A DNA stretch of 63,848 bases, the filler included, from Reclinomonas americana ATCC 50394 (lineage: Eukaryota): assembly GCA_048213135.1 (NCBI GenBank). It is 5 parts of 3 records of this genome, joined end to end, with 100 filler letters (N's around TTAATTAATTAA, not from the genome) between each part and the next. Parts side by side here need not be neighbours in the genome. Positions count along the whole stretch, not along the records: positions 1 to 29,486 come from PS015121.1; positions 29,587 to 43,282 come from PS015121.1; 3 more parts are not named here. One strand, 5' to 3'. The translations under genes were made by a program, and so were the position numbers. A model generated the notes under the pieces. The model saw nothing but the letters and a program-made list of their open reading frames with translations, did no database searches and was not told the DNA's origin. Below are positions 28,602 through 41,309 of this stretch, one piece after another (the first letter of the stretch is position 1; every line of letters begins with the position of its first letter).

Positions 28602-29479
28602 CCACCGCCACCTGAACCGACAGCCAGCGTGGTCATGGATGTCGTCGTAGTTCGTGTTGCTGCTGCCGTGGTCGTTGTGGTTGTTGCATTTCTCGAAGCA
28701 TCCGCCTGCGGAGTGGCCGCCGTGATGGTGGGCCCGTCGACGCCTCGTGCCTGTCCGAGTCGGTCGTCGACCTCCACCGTCTGGTACATGGAGCCAGTGG
28801 CGGACGCAGAGAGCTCTGTTGGCGGCGCAACAGAGAGAGGGAGAGGGAGAGGGACAGAAGAAGGAAGAGGGGCAACAACAGCTACTTGAATGGGCGTGAC
28901 TGAGGGCGGGGGTAGGGGGGCGCGAGAAGCAGCAGCACCACCGCTGCTGCTCCCACCACTCGACGAACCCTCGTTTGTGGTCGTCGATGAGCCAGTGGTG
29001 GTGGTGTTCGAGGCCACCTCCGTGTCGGTGCCCATCTCGCCCTCCGAGCCGTGCATCGAGTCGCGAGACATGCGCTCCACCGACGACGACACGCCAACCT
29101 CCGACGACGCCGCATCAGCATCAACGTCGGTCGCCTCGCGTACGAATGGATGCGACAGGAACTCCTCGTGGTTCATGCGGCGTGCAGGATCGCGCTGCAA
29201 GAGGCCCTCCAGCAGACTCCAACATTCATCGGAGATGGTCTGCGGCGATGTCGGTCTCCTCAGCTCGGTGCGATTGATGTTATCCAGCAGGTTCATCGGC
29301 GTGTTGCCACGGTATGGTTGACTGGTGGGAGAGCGTGTGAGCGAGCAAGAATCAAAAAGAAATGATAAAAATCTGACACGGATTCGCAACGTCTTGGTCA
29401 GCATCTCGTAGAGAATGACGCCGACGCTCCACAAATCCGCCTTGGCGTCATAATTCTTCATCGACAAGATCTCCGGGGC
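28602..29479 (-). CDS. ATG1: ATG1/ULK kinase, continuation on the opposite strand (inverted contig)
   Basis: Starts after a TGCAG acceptor with APEILSMKNYDAKADLWSVGVILYEML...LLQRDPARRM..EEFLSHPF, then an S/T/P-rich linker. Confidence 0.85.
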
Positions 29480-29530
29480 CTGCACANNNNNNNNNNNNNN
29501 NNNNNNNNNNNNNNNNNNNNNNNNNNNNNN

Positions 29531-29542
29531 TTAATTAATTAA
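29531..29542. other. Artificial scaffold linker TTAATTAATTAA
   Basis: All-frame stop linker flanked by Ns. Confidence 0.95.
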
Positions 29543-29840
29543 NNNNNNNNNNNNNNNNNNNNNNNNNNNNNNNNNNNNNNNNNNNNCGCGCAGAGAGAGT
29601 GAGAGAGGAGTGGACGACACACAATAGTGCTTTTGTTTGTAAGAACAACAGGCGAAGAAGAGAGCGTGAGAGCAGTCGTTGTAGCGTACCTCTGCTGTGG
29701 ACGACTGTCATACTCTCTCTCTCTCTCTCTCTCTCTCGCTCTCTCCCTTCTCCCTGCGTGTGTCTATGTGCGACATGTCGTCCCGTCGTTGTCGTTTGCT
29801 CATCTTGTTGTCATCATCGCCCGTCAACGACGACGGAGTA

Positions 29841-32546
29841 GGCCTCACAACGGGACATTGATCGCAAGTTTCGCCGTCTGCTCCAGCAGCTGCATCCCGA
29901 TCGATTTCCGCATGAGACAGCTGAGGAGCGCGAGAAACGCACCAAGGAGTACCAGGAGGTGTTGTCGGCTGCAGAGGTGAGGGTGTGCTGGAGGAGTCTG
30001 CGTCACAGTTCATTTCCTCACGTGTCATCCGTCTCGCTCAGATTCTGCGCGACCCACAAAAACGCCTGCGGTACGACTACTTTGGACTGGTGGGCGTCAA
30101 CTGGCAGGTGGCCACTCGTGTAAAGACGAAAGAAGAGGTGCTTTGTGTCGATTCCCCATTGTCGGTGGCGATGCTGGTACTCACACCACATCTCGGTCCG
30201 CCGCAGATGCGTGAAGAATTTGTAAAGGAGACGATGAAGAAGCGGCGACAGGAGAGCAAGCGAGCGCTGAATGCGCGTGGCACTGTGCGAGTTGCGTTCC
30301 TCTTTGCCACTATGTGCATCGTTTGTGATCCTCACTCTTCTGTTGTTGAGCAGGCGATCATTGATATTGAGTGCCTGTACGATCCATACGACCTCGACAA
30401 TCCCAAATGGTACCCAGACGTGGATGGCGTTGACGTGAACCAGAGCTTTGAGGTGAGCGCTGTCGTTTCGTGGCTGGCTGGCTGGATGCCGATCATCTTT
30501 TGACTCAACAAACAACAACGCAGCACCGCATTGGTGAGCACGGTCGGCTGAAGGTGCACGGCGCGGCAGCCATGATTGAGACCCGTGGATGGGGCCGCGG
30601 CGGTGTCGAGTACTCGCACTACTTTCCGTCGGGCATAGAGGCAGGAGTTGCGTTGTTGTTATTTTTTACATGGTGAAGCTAGTGGCGTGTCTCTCTCCCT
30701 CTCTCATCATCCATTGGCAATCGTCGCAGGTGTCACTGCGTGTGGGCACTGCGCGCGTCTTCAATCGTGTTGGCACGTGGGTACGAGTCCCACTCAGCAC
30801 CAAGGCGTTGCGTCCCCGATCAGCTCCTCTTTCCCCTCTTCCTGACACTCAACTGTTTGTGTGTGTGTGTGTGCTGTCCAACGAGTAGCACCGGCACGGT
30901 CGAGCTGTCATACAATCAGTTGTTTGGCTTTGGTGTCGGCCTCGGGGCGCGACACTCTGTCGGTTCTCACACGCAGGTTGGTCTCGTTTTCGCACGCACA
31001 CACACACACACACATCGTACCACCACCTTCTCACGCGCACCGCTCCGTGCAGACGCACATCGACGTGCTGTTGGGGAAACTGCACAGCTTCCACGTCGGC
31101 GCCGTCCATCGATTCGGCGACAAGCACGTCGTGTCGTTGTCGGGCAAGGTGGCGTGTTGTATGATTGCTCGTCACCATTGTCATCTTGCCGCCCTGCATT
31201 CTGACAATCCGACACAGACGGGCAGCATGGGCAGTGAGATCCGCACCAAGTACGTGTACCAGGCCTCGGAGCACGAAATGGTCGACGGACAGGTGTGTCT
31301 CTCACTCGCACACACTCTCTGCCGCCTCTCTCGCATGGCGCACACTCACACTGGCATCACCAGGTGGCCTGGCTCTTTGGCAAAGGCCCCGAGGCGAGAG
31401 TCGGCGGATCCCGTGCTCTCGGCTTGCGGTCTTCAATCGGCGCCGATGTGCACATTGGTGCTGGGCGTGACACGGTATTGCGCACATAGTTGCGTTTCAC
31501 CCGCTGTCTCCCTGTTTTTGTTGCGTCCAACAGCCCTTGTAACACTTGTTTGGTAGCTTGGAGCGCGGTTCGCAGACGCTCGAGGTCGATTCCAAGGTGG
31601 CGTCGGCAAACAAATTCTCTTGGTACAGAACTGGTCTGGCGGTGGGTCTTCCGCTCCTGCTCTACACCTGCGCGAACCAGCTCTTCTTCAGACCTGTAGA
31701 AAAGATCCGAGCGGATGAGTTGCGTCCAGTGGTCGGCCAGTGCGACGCCTGAGCTCACCCTCTCACGCTGTTTTCGATGAGCTGCAGGAGTGATGCCGCG
31801 CACGATGACTCGTTTGTGGAGCGTGTGGCTGCTGCTCGGGAACGCGCCGCCGGCGCGGTCGATGACATGCGTGTAGAATATGAGCGAATAGTGCTGGAGC
31901 AGGATCGAAGAGAGCAATGTTGCGTGCATGGACGACGCACGCACCAACGTGCACTGTCACAACCTGTCTCATTCGAGGCTTTGTTGTCTGTCGATGCGCA
32001 GACGACCAGAATGGTGGCTTGGTGATCCTGGTGGCCAACTACGGCGAAGCACGCGCTGTCCGAGACGAAGAGGATGAAGAAGGTGCAGTGAGCGCATTGT
32101 TGTTGTTGTTGTTTTCACGACCAGAAGGAGGTGAGCTGATGATGATGTGCCCGGGCCGACTGCAGAGCCGTCCTCCTCGGACACTGTGCCTCCTATCTGG
32201 TGTGTCACCATCCCGCTGCAAATCATGGTCGACGACGGCATGATCATTATCCGTGCGTCTGTCTTTGTCTGTCTCCGAGTGCTCCCCACCTGCGTGGTGC
32301 ACTAATCTGTGATCTGCTGCAGCCGGCGGTCGCACCAAGAGCGAACTCCCTGGTTTCTTTGACCCGGCGCCCGGAAAGCGCAAGCTTCTCCGCGTACTCT
32401 ACCGCCACCACGGTCAAAGACACGAGGTCATTGTTGGTGACTTGGACCAACTGAGATTGCCCGATCGGAGTTGCGTACGTCGTTGTGTGGACGATGGAAC
32501 AAAGCGACTGACAGCTTGTTGTGCCACAGTGCACCTGGTGACGTGA
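29841..32546 (+). CDS. DNAJC11: DnaJ homolog subfamily C member 11 (5' end missing or unresolved)
   Basis: J domain ASQRDIDRKFRRLLQQLHPD...ILRDPQKRLRYDYFG; later GGLVILVANYG, VTIPLQIMVDDG, KSELPGFFDPAPGKRKLLRVLYRH (DUF3395-type C-terminus). Confidence 0.9.
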
Positions 32547-32649
32547 GAGTGTGACGAATTCATTTGCTTGCAGCCCGAGTCGCCAAGCACTTCTACAGTA
32601 GGCAGAATATAGTGGGATGCAATCTCGTCGTAGCATTTTAAAGTTTTAT

Positions 32650-35600
32650 TCAGTAGTTGCCTGGTGGTGCACTGCTGCCGAATTTGTTGACAAGCAGCTG
32701 TTGCAAGGGGTTCACCGGTACCACTGCTGCTGGTGCTGCTGTAGCGGTTGTGCCGGCAGCTCCGTCGTCGTCCGGACCAGCCAGCCACTGGCGCCATCGT
32801 GGTGACGCCGATTCCGGCGACAGTGAGCGACCTGGCTCCTCCTCAGCCTCTGCTGGTGGTGACGCCGCGCGAGGTGGTGGTGGTGGTGATGACGACTCTA
32901 CTCGAGCGGACTGCCCGAGGAGTGACGAAAGGCGCAAGGGCACTACAGGCACCGACGACGCACCGTCGTCTTGGCGACCGCCATTTGCACGCTGCTGCTG
33001 CGGGCTGGAGCTCACGCGTCGAGGTGATGAAGACGTCGCCGCAGATGCTGGTCGCGAAACCTTGCCTCGCCCTCCGCCGCCGCCGCCGCCACCGCCAGTT
33101 CCCCGTCGACTGATATCACCGCGAGGTGGCGGGTTCGTGTCACGCACTTGTGAACCGCGCCCCGACGCCGGTCGTCCTCGCTTTCCTCCACCACCGCCAA
33201 CCCCTCTTCCACGAGCGGTGCCACGTGCCGAGCTTGTACCACCACCACCACCACCAGTAGCAGTGCCACGGCGCGGTGGTGAAGAAGGCGCGGCTTGAGG
33301 TGGTGTGGGCGTGCGTTGATGTTCGGGCGCAGGTTGTGGACCACCACCACCAATGCCACTGGCGGGTGGCAAGTTGGTCATCACAGGGAAGCCAAACAGA
33401 CTTCCCGGAGGCAACTGTCGCACGGCAAGCGCTGTGGCGAACGGGGACGCCAGGCGACGCACATCAACTGGCGACTCAATGGACTTGAGTGACGGATTAC
33501 TGCGCAGTGCTCGCATGTCGAGTGTTGGTGGTGTTGCGACACGCGAGGCGAGTCGCGTCGGTGATGTGGGCGACGACTGCCGCGGAAGCTCGGGCTGGAC
33601 CTCGCGTTCACGCACTGGAGACGTTGCCGGCGACGTTCCAGTGGACACGAACACAGGTCGCACGACGGTCGGCGCTGGCGGTGCCGTTGTCGCACCTAGC
33701 GGTCCCAGCTGCAATGACATGCTGGCAAACGGTGACGCCGACGTTGGCAGCGATGTTGGCGTGACCGCGGTTGCGACAGATGACGAAGAGGTGGGACTGT
33801 TGCTCCCAAGTCCAGCAACGCCAACGGGCCCCGCAAAAGGCCGCTCAAATCGCACGGCACCATACGGCCACCCTGCCGGTTGTGCTGCTGGTGCTGCTGC
33901 TGCTTGTGGTGCCGATGTTGGCGATGATCTGGGCGACGACGCCGTTGCCACACGATCACGGGCACCACCGTCGTCGCTGACGGGGGGTGCCTCGGAGAAA
34001 CGAACACGAGGAACACTGTTTGCACGCGGCGGTTCTGGCACCTGTCGACTGGAACCCGATCGCGGCACTGCATTGTGATATCCCAACGAAAAATGAGCAC
34101 AACCAAGAAGCTGTGAGTTACGTGCATGTGCCCGCTTGCGCGCACCTTGCACGGGCGACACAACAGGAGCTCGATCACTCGCCAGCGGCGAAACCCCCGC
34201 ATGCACCACTGGCGACGGCATCACTCTGCGTGGCAACGAGGCAATGCGCGTGATGACTTGCATTTGCAAAAGCATCTGGAGCTGCATTCGTCGGCGAGCG
34301 AGCTCCTCGTGCGCCGCAGGCATCCGATCCAGCACAGACTAGCACATTAACACGTGCGTGTACATAAGTCGCACGCACTACGAAAACGCGTCTGCCATGC
34401 CGACGCACCTTCATCCAAGAGACGTACTGCAGGATGGCCACGACCGCCGGACGGTGCGTGCTCATCAACTGGATCAGATTGTTCATGTCGACCAGCGTAA
34501 CCGGTGAGGCACTCTCCAACTCCTGCACCGGCTGCACACGGCCATACACACGCGAAACGCGCTCCAACACTGCGCGAGTACCCTCGATGAGCGAGGGTGG
34601 CGGCACACCCGGCTCGAGAAGAGTGCCAACTGCGTTGTTGGCGCGGCCGAGCTGCAACTGTGCGACTGTGTGTGGAGGGGAGATATCAGTTGAATGGCCT
34701 GGCGTCCCTCTTGCACAACAACACTCTCTCGTCCCCCTTCCGCGCGCGCAACTGCCAAGCGGCCTGAACGGAAGCAGTTGCATAATGACTGGTGCGGTAA
34801 GGAGCTGCGCCTCGTGGGCCGGCGGTAGTTCGGCACCGGCGAGATTGTCGCGCACGACCGACGTGACCCAGCGAGCAGGATTGTTGGTCCCCGACGACGC
34901 AGTGTCGGGCAACATGGTCGACGGGTTCTCTCGCAGCAGACGGTGCAGGAGGTACACACTGGAGGTGCGAATGACCAGCAGATCGGAGACTTCTGGCGGC
35001 CGCGGCAACTCGGCCTGCTTCAGACGCTCGTTCTTCTCAATCTGTACGCACGGGGTGGGTTAGGCACGAAATGGCTTGGCGTCCGCGCGCGGCACACGAA
35101 CCCGGTGCGCGAAATCAATGAGCTGCGACAGGCGGGAGTGCAACAGGCGTTCGACCACCGGCGTCAACGACACGGACTTGTCGGAGCCAGGCGGTTGCAC
35201 GGACAATTCGGTGGAACCCGAAGTCACTGTGGCCACGATCGAGGCCAGCACCGACAAATTCCACTGCCGCAAGAAGATCTCGCGCACCGACACCTGGGCG
35301 TTGGCTTGCATTGTGTTGGTAAGGAAGAGAGGATTGACCACCTGCAGATGGAACACTCGTCAGTCAGCCGTTCACACCGCCACACGCACGCAAAACACAG
35401 GCGACGTGCCTCGCCCTCAGCGTCGTCAAAAATGTGCAGCGGGTCGACAAGGAAAGGATTCGTGAGACTGGTGAACGAGTGCGTTGGCCGCCTCACAGCC
35501 TCGGCGAATTCACCTGGCGCATTGTGGAGATGAGGGAACACGAATGTGACCTTCACAAACAGTGTGCACGCAACGATCGGATAGCAGACGACGCCCGACA

Positions 35601-38600
35601 AACAACGAAGGATCCTCCGACAGAAGCATGGACGACAGCGACGACTTCAACAGCACTCCAAACAGCAGCCGCAGCAGGCACTGCGTGCCGACGGTCGGTC
35701 CCACATCTCCGCTTGTCGATTCGCTGCCGGCCTGTGCTGCAGTCGATCCGCCAGCAGCGGCGCTGACAGCCTGGCAGGCGGCAATCACCACCGACGGGAA
35801 CGCACGAATGGAGGAATCCTTTTTCACAAGAAGAGAAGCGTTGGATAGCGGTGACAATAAAAGAAGGGGTCAAAGACTGGCAGAACCAACCATGAGCAGC
35901 TGATCAATGAGCCGGCGACTGAGCGACTCCAAGTTGTCCATCCAGCCCTCGGACACCAAGTCGAACGGGGTGGTCGGTAGTTCACGAACAACCGAGTCCC
36001 ACACAGTGTGACGTAGGAACCAGTTGAGATCTTCCCTCTGCCGCACTTGGTTGAGAACAAGAAGAAGAAGAAGAAGTGGGAGAGGAGAAAACAACAGGTG
36101 TGCACTATCTACCTTGGAAATCTCGCGCAGACAGTGCATGAGCACCTCCGACTGCGGTTGTCGCAGAGCTGGATCCGGAGACGCGCGAAGACTGGCCAAT
36201 AACGCCGGAACGCGCACGTCCAATAGGAGGCGATGAATAAAGGCGCACAGCAACCGTTCGTTTGTCGAGTAGTACGCAAAGAGATCAGTGACCTGTGATG
36301 CGGGTGAGTTCTTGCGCCACACACACTGTTCCACGCCGCCACGCACCACAGCCTCGGCAAACTCTGCCGCATGGTCCTCGTTCACCCGCAATGCCAGTGC
36401 CGAGAGTACTGTCGGTGCACGCTGCAAGTGGTACAGCAACTGGCCGTAGGCCTCTCGTGACTGCAGTACTCGCGCGATGTTAGGAAACAGCGAATTCGTG
36501 AGCATGTACACAAGGGAGGCCGAGGACGCAACTGCACCAAACAGGTCGGGAAGTGGGGACGGTGGATCCAGCTGCGCGCACAGCAAATGTTAGGAGCCAA
36601 GTGACATGATGGGAACTGCACAATAAAGTCATCTGTGCACCATGTGGCGAAGCTGGTCCTCGTCGTGCATCATATCCACACTGGACACGCGATCGCGCAG
36701 TCCGCGGCACTCAAGCAAGTGCTGATGTGTGATGCTGCGAGGGCGACGCGCATGAGCATCGAATGACCAGGAAAAACGCAACACACACACGCAAGCTCAC
36801 CGATTGGCCTCCAGCAGTGACTCCTGGAGGCGCGTCAACTCGGCGGCGGAGGGGAAGCCGAGCACCGTATTCATCTCCACCGACAGGCCGCAGCTGTCGA
36901 CCACACCAAGAAAGCGCGACTTGACGTGCTGGAATTTGTCGACCAGGGACGATTCAGGAGGCGGTTCAGCACGAACACTGTGACATCACCGCAGTGAGTG
37001 ACAGGTGTGTTTTCCAAAACACCAATCGTTTCTCACCCCTCGACTGGCGTCGGCGGCTCAAAGTACACTGTGGGAGCCGACATCCATGGCGCCTCGGCGC
37101 GGCTATCAGTCGCGAAAGCATCGACAGCGGCCATGTCACCAGCGACGGAGGCGCCGAAGGTGTCACTCGCGGCGACACTGTGCAATCGTTTCTTGTGCTC
37201 TTTGCTGGATCCCTGGGCGCCGAGCTTGCGAATTCGCCGTACAGGCGGGTCATCGCCGGCAGCCTCCTCCTTTGTACCCTGTTCGACGCGATGTCAAATG
37301 ACACCCGCAGTGTGCAAGCACCAACCGAGGCCACTGACCTCGCCAGGTGGCGCCGATCCGAGAGACACGGAAATGTGAGGTGCGGCGGCGCCCGAACCGC
37401 CAGCAGACAGCGTATCATCTGTGGTAGGATGAGCGAAAATAACAAGGACCACTCACTGACAAGACTGACTGACCCGACGAGCCCGAATCAAAGTCATCGT
37501 CTTCCGGCACGCGTACCAAATCGGCTACAGCTGCGAATGTCACGGGCGGAGCATCGGTTGGGATCGACTCCCGTGGGGTCGATGGTGCGCTAGAGCCGCG
37601 TGAGCGGGATCTGGGCGGCAGACGGTGCGTGCGCCGAGGTGTGAACTCGCCATCCCCCGGGTCCGGAGATGTAGAATCGTTGCCGTCATCCGCTTGCTGC
37701 AGGGGCACACCGACGCATCAGGTGTTGGCAGTGTACACGCGTGGCGGGAGAGTGCGTGGCGGGAGAGTGCGTGGCACGCTACGCAACTGCATCGGCACTG
37801 CTGCGTCGGAATCGCCACGTCGAGGAGGACGGGGTGCGTGGTGAGAGACCTGCACGAGGACGCTTGTGCCGCGGCTCATCCACGTCGGACAAATCGACCG
37901 CGCCCTCTCCATGCGTCTCTCCACGCGCATGCGTATCGCTGCTGCCGAGAAACAAAGCACGAAAACAAACAGTTTGTCGTCGGTATTCGCCACCACAGAA
38001 AGGAGTGAGTGAGTGCGCAACGTTGGTGCCACGGTCGCCGACTGCCCACTGGGCGGCGCCGTCGACTGGACGGTGTGTGTGACTGCGGTCGTCGATGTGA
38101 CCAGCGTCGGAGGAGGTGGTGGTGGCGGCGGCGAAGGCTCCACAGCGGCAAGCTGTGCAAATCGCTTCTCGAATTTCTTCATCTGCTCAACCATGGCCCG
38201 CAGACCGGGAATGGTGTCGGCCGCTTGCGCTGCGCGCAACAATGGAGGAAAACACGTCAACAGTTTGCATAAAAGAGGCACCGAGCACGACGATGCTATT
38301 CTACCTTCTGGAGCAGTCGACCTGTGCAACAAAACCTGCAAGTAAGTCTCGGATTGGGGAAAAACAGACGCGGCTGGCTGGAGAACGTAATAACTCGGGT
38401 GAGTTCTGCAACGAGCCGGCCGTGCGGAATACGCGTGCGTCGGGCGACAGATTCAGGGACATGGACGGTGGGTCGTCGGCCGACGGCTCCTTGTTACGTG
38501 TTTTCCACTGCGCGCACACACGCACGCAATGCATTGGTCGGCCGGGATCGGTTTGGCTCGGCTTGCCGAGGTGTTCCTGCGCAGGCACGCAGTCAGCCAC

Positions 38601-40341
38601 GAGGAGTGCCGAGCGAATGCTATCTGCATTGATCTACGCAACAAAACGCGTGACGGCGAATCGAATACTGCAGTGCTCGTCGGACTCGCGCATGTCAAAC
38701 AGATCGGCAGCACCGTCGAGGACAGTCACCAGCGCCTCTTCGGCACTTTCTTCCTCGAACAGAAACGACAGCGCACGGGAACCTGTCGTCGGCACGAGTG
38801 AGTGAGTGAGTGACATTGTGCAAACACTTGCACACTGCGCACCCGTATAGTTGGGCAGCAGCGGCACTTGAAGGACGGCGTCGTCGTCCTTCATCGAGCA
38901 CAGATTGACCTCGAGGGCCGACGGCCACACGGACTCGCAGCCGGCGGCCAAGCGCTTAAACAGCACCTCCGCCATCAGCTCTTTGGGGAAGTTTGACCAC
39001 GTGATGTGGTGGTCGATAAAGTGCAGCTCGCCAGCCTCGCGCCGTCGCCGCCGCTGGCGTCGAAAGGTGGCCACCAACTGCTGCAACGGTGTACGCCAAC
39101 CGTAGGCCAGTAGGCACACGCCCTCCACTTCGTCGCCGATTCGTCGCAATCGCCCTGCGGTGGGGTGCAAAATGGATGAGGTCGTTGCGTTCGGTGCGTC
39201 GACAATGGCGAGGCACGCAACAGGCGACACCAAAATGCGGGTCCACATGCACCGGTTCGTGAGGAATCAGCATGAAATCGTTCTTGGAGACGGCCTGCAC
39301 CATGGCCGCCGGATCCCAGTTGCGGAACGACAGCCGCTTGGTGCTCACCGACGAGAAGAGCTCGGGAATCTGGATGTGGTAGTAGCAGTAGCCAATTAGG
39401 TTGGAAGCAGACGGGGTGGAAGGAAATGGGGTGGAGGTGAGCAGACCTCGGGCTCCACCACGTCGTCCTCGTACTGCAAGAACTCACGCAGCGACATGTG
39501 CAGCTCGTTGCTAAACGGCACCTCAGCGACGTGAGCAAACCAGCGCTCCCTGGCGCAAACGCACAGTCAGTACAGGTGTAGAGGGTTGGGGGGAATCACT
39601 GCAGTGGATTGATGATACCTGGCCGTCAACAGCTGCGTCTTGTCGCACATCCACAGTGCCAGCTGACCCAGGTCGGTGTGTGGTGGGATGATGGGGTTGG
39701 AGGCGGAGGGTGCGGGGCGCTGGCGAGAGGGGGAGGGGGAGGGATGAGAGGCGAGGAAGGAAGAAGGAAGGAACTAGAGAGCGAAGAACGAATAAGTAGA
39801 GGAGAATGGAGGGGAGCAGGTGGGGGGCTGAGAAGCAATGAGTGGAGAGAAGGCAGAAAATAAAGGAAAGACTGATGGAAGGAGAGAAAGAGAGACAAGG
39901 CAGAAGAAAGAAAAGAGTGGAGAAGTCGATCGCGGGGAGATGAGAAGAAGGCAACGACAGAGCGCGAAGACCGAGAGGAGAGAGTAAAGAGTGGAGACGA
40001 CAAATCAATGGAGAGCGACGATCACTGAATAGAGGTCCTCTTTGAGGAAAAGAAACAGACCAAAGAACAAGAGCACCGCTGGAAGATGAACGTTGCAGCA
40101 CAGACACACGCGACAACAACAACGCCAACACGTGAGAAAAGCGATGAAAAACCAGCAACAAAGACGATGAAACGATCACAGAATAGATGAAACGATCGCT
40201 CTCACACACGCATGCACTATCACAAAATGATCTCTCTCTCTCTCTGTGCTCGTTTCTCATTCTCAAAGAGGCCCTCTTTTCAGTGATCGTTGCGGCTCCA
40301 CACAATCGACTTCTCTGATCATCTCTCCCTGTATGTGTGTG

Positions 40342-40400
<59 letters not shown>

Positions 40401-40703
40401 GTGTGTTACCTTCCACTTCACGACCACGCGATCAGGATCGACCCAAGTGGCGACCGGTCGCGGCAATGCCTCCGGCGACCTTCCCGTCACACTTTGCAGC
40501 TGTTCCACCTCCGATCGGTGCGCCTCCGACACCCAGAACGGAACACCATCAGAGACGGTCTCGAAACGCAAAAAGTGCCGCCCATCGGCTCCCTTCACGC
40601 GAACCTATATGGAGAGAGTGAGAGAGAGGGAGAGTGTGTAGGAGTGAGAGTGTGCTGGTGACGTAACGGGCTTGGGGCGTCGCCATGCCACGCCCGTCGT
40701 CAT
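32650..40703 (-). CDS. Large multi-exon protein with a RasGAP-like (GAPVD1-type) segment and long Pro/Ser-rich tail; may be more than one gene
   Basis: Continuous GT/GC-AG-joined coding segments from ATG 40703 (MTTGVAWRRPKP|VRVKG); YGQLLYHLQRAPTVLSALAL...DLFAYYSTNERLL...LESLSRRLIDQL resembles a RasGAP N-terminal region. Confidence 0.5.
40333..40405. repeat. (TG)n microsatellite in intron
   Basis: Directly visible. Confidence 0.95.
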
Positions 40704-41309
40704 TTTGTATTGTCAATCAGTTTGTCCTGTGGAGTGACAGCATGCTTGTATGCGACACAGCGCGGCTTATGTTGTAGCATGTTGCCCGTTCTCTACGACG
40801 CACCGTGGTGCACTCAGCGAGGACCAGTGCACAACGCGTTCTGCGTGAATTCGATTTTCTTTTGCGACGTTTTCCGATGAAAAAATCCGCTGATTGCGCA
40901 GGGTCAACAGCGCGCGCGCTCTCGTTGCAATGCGTGCCTCGTCGCTGCGCCCGCGCACATCAGTTGCACAGACGTCGCGTGCGCACAGGACGATCCGGAT
41001 TGTCCCTCATCGCATTCACACCAAGATGCTGCAGCGCGCAGTGCAGGTCCGCTCTCTCTCGCACTCACACGCACTCTATCTCCTACGCACTGTTCTCTCT
41101 CCGCGCGCACACACACACGCGATACGAAAAAGGGAGCTAGTGTTTTTTTCGCACATGGCCGAAAAAATGCCCAACGACCGCTCTCAAAACTTTTCACCTC
41201 TCTCTTCCTCCCTTCCACACACACTCTCTCTTCTCTCATATGCTCACTCACTGACTCACTTTTGCAAACTTGTGTTGCGCAGACATCGTGGCGCAATGGC
41301 GCGCGCCTG

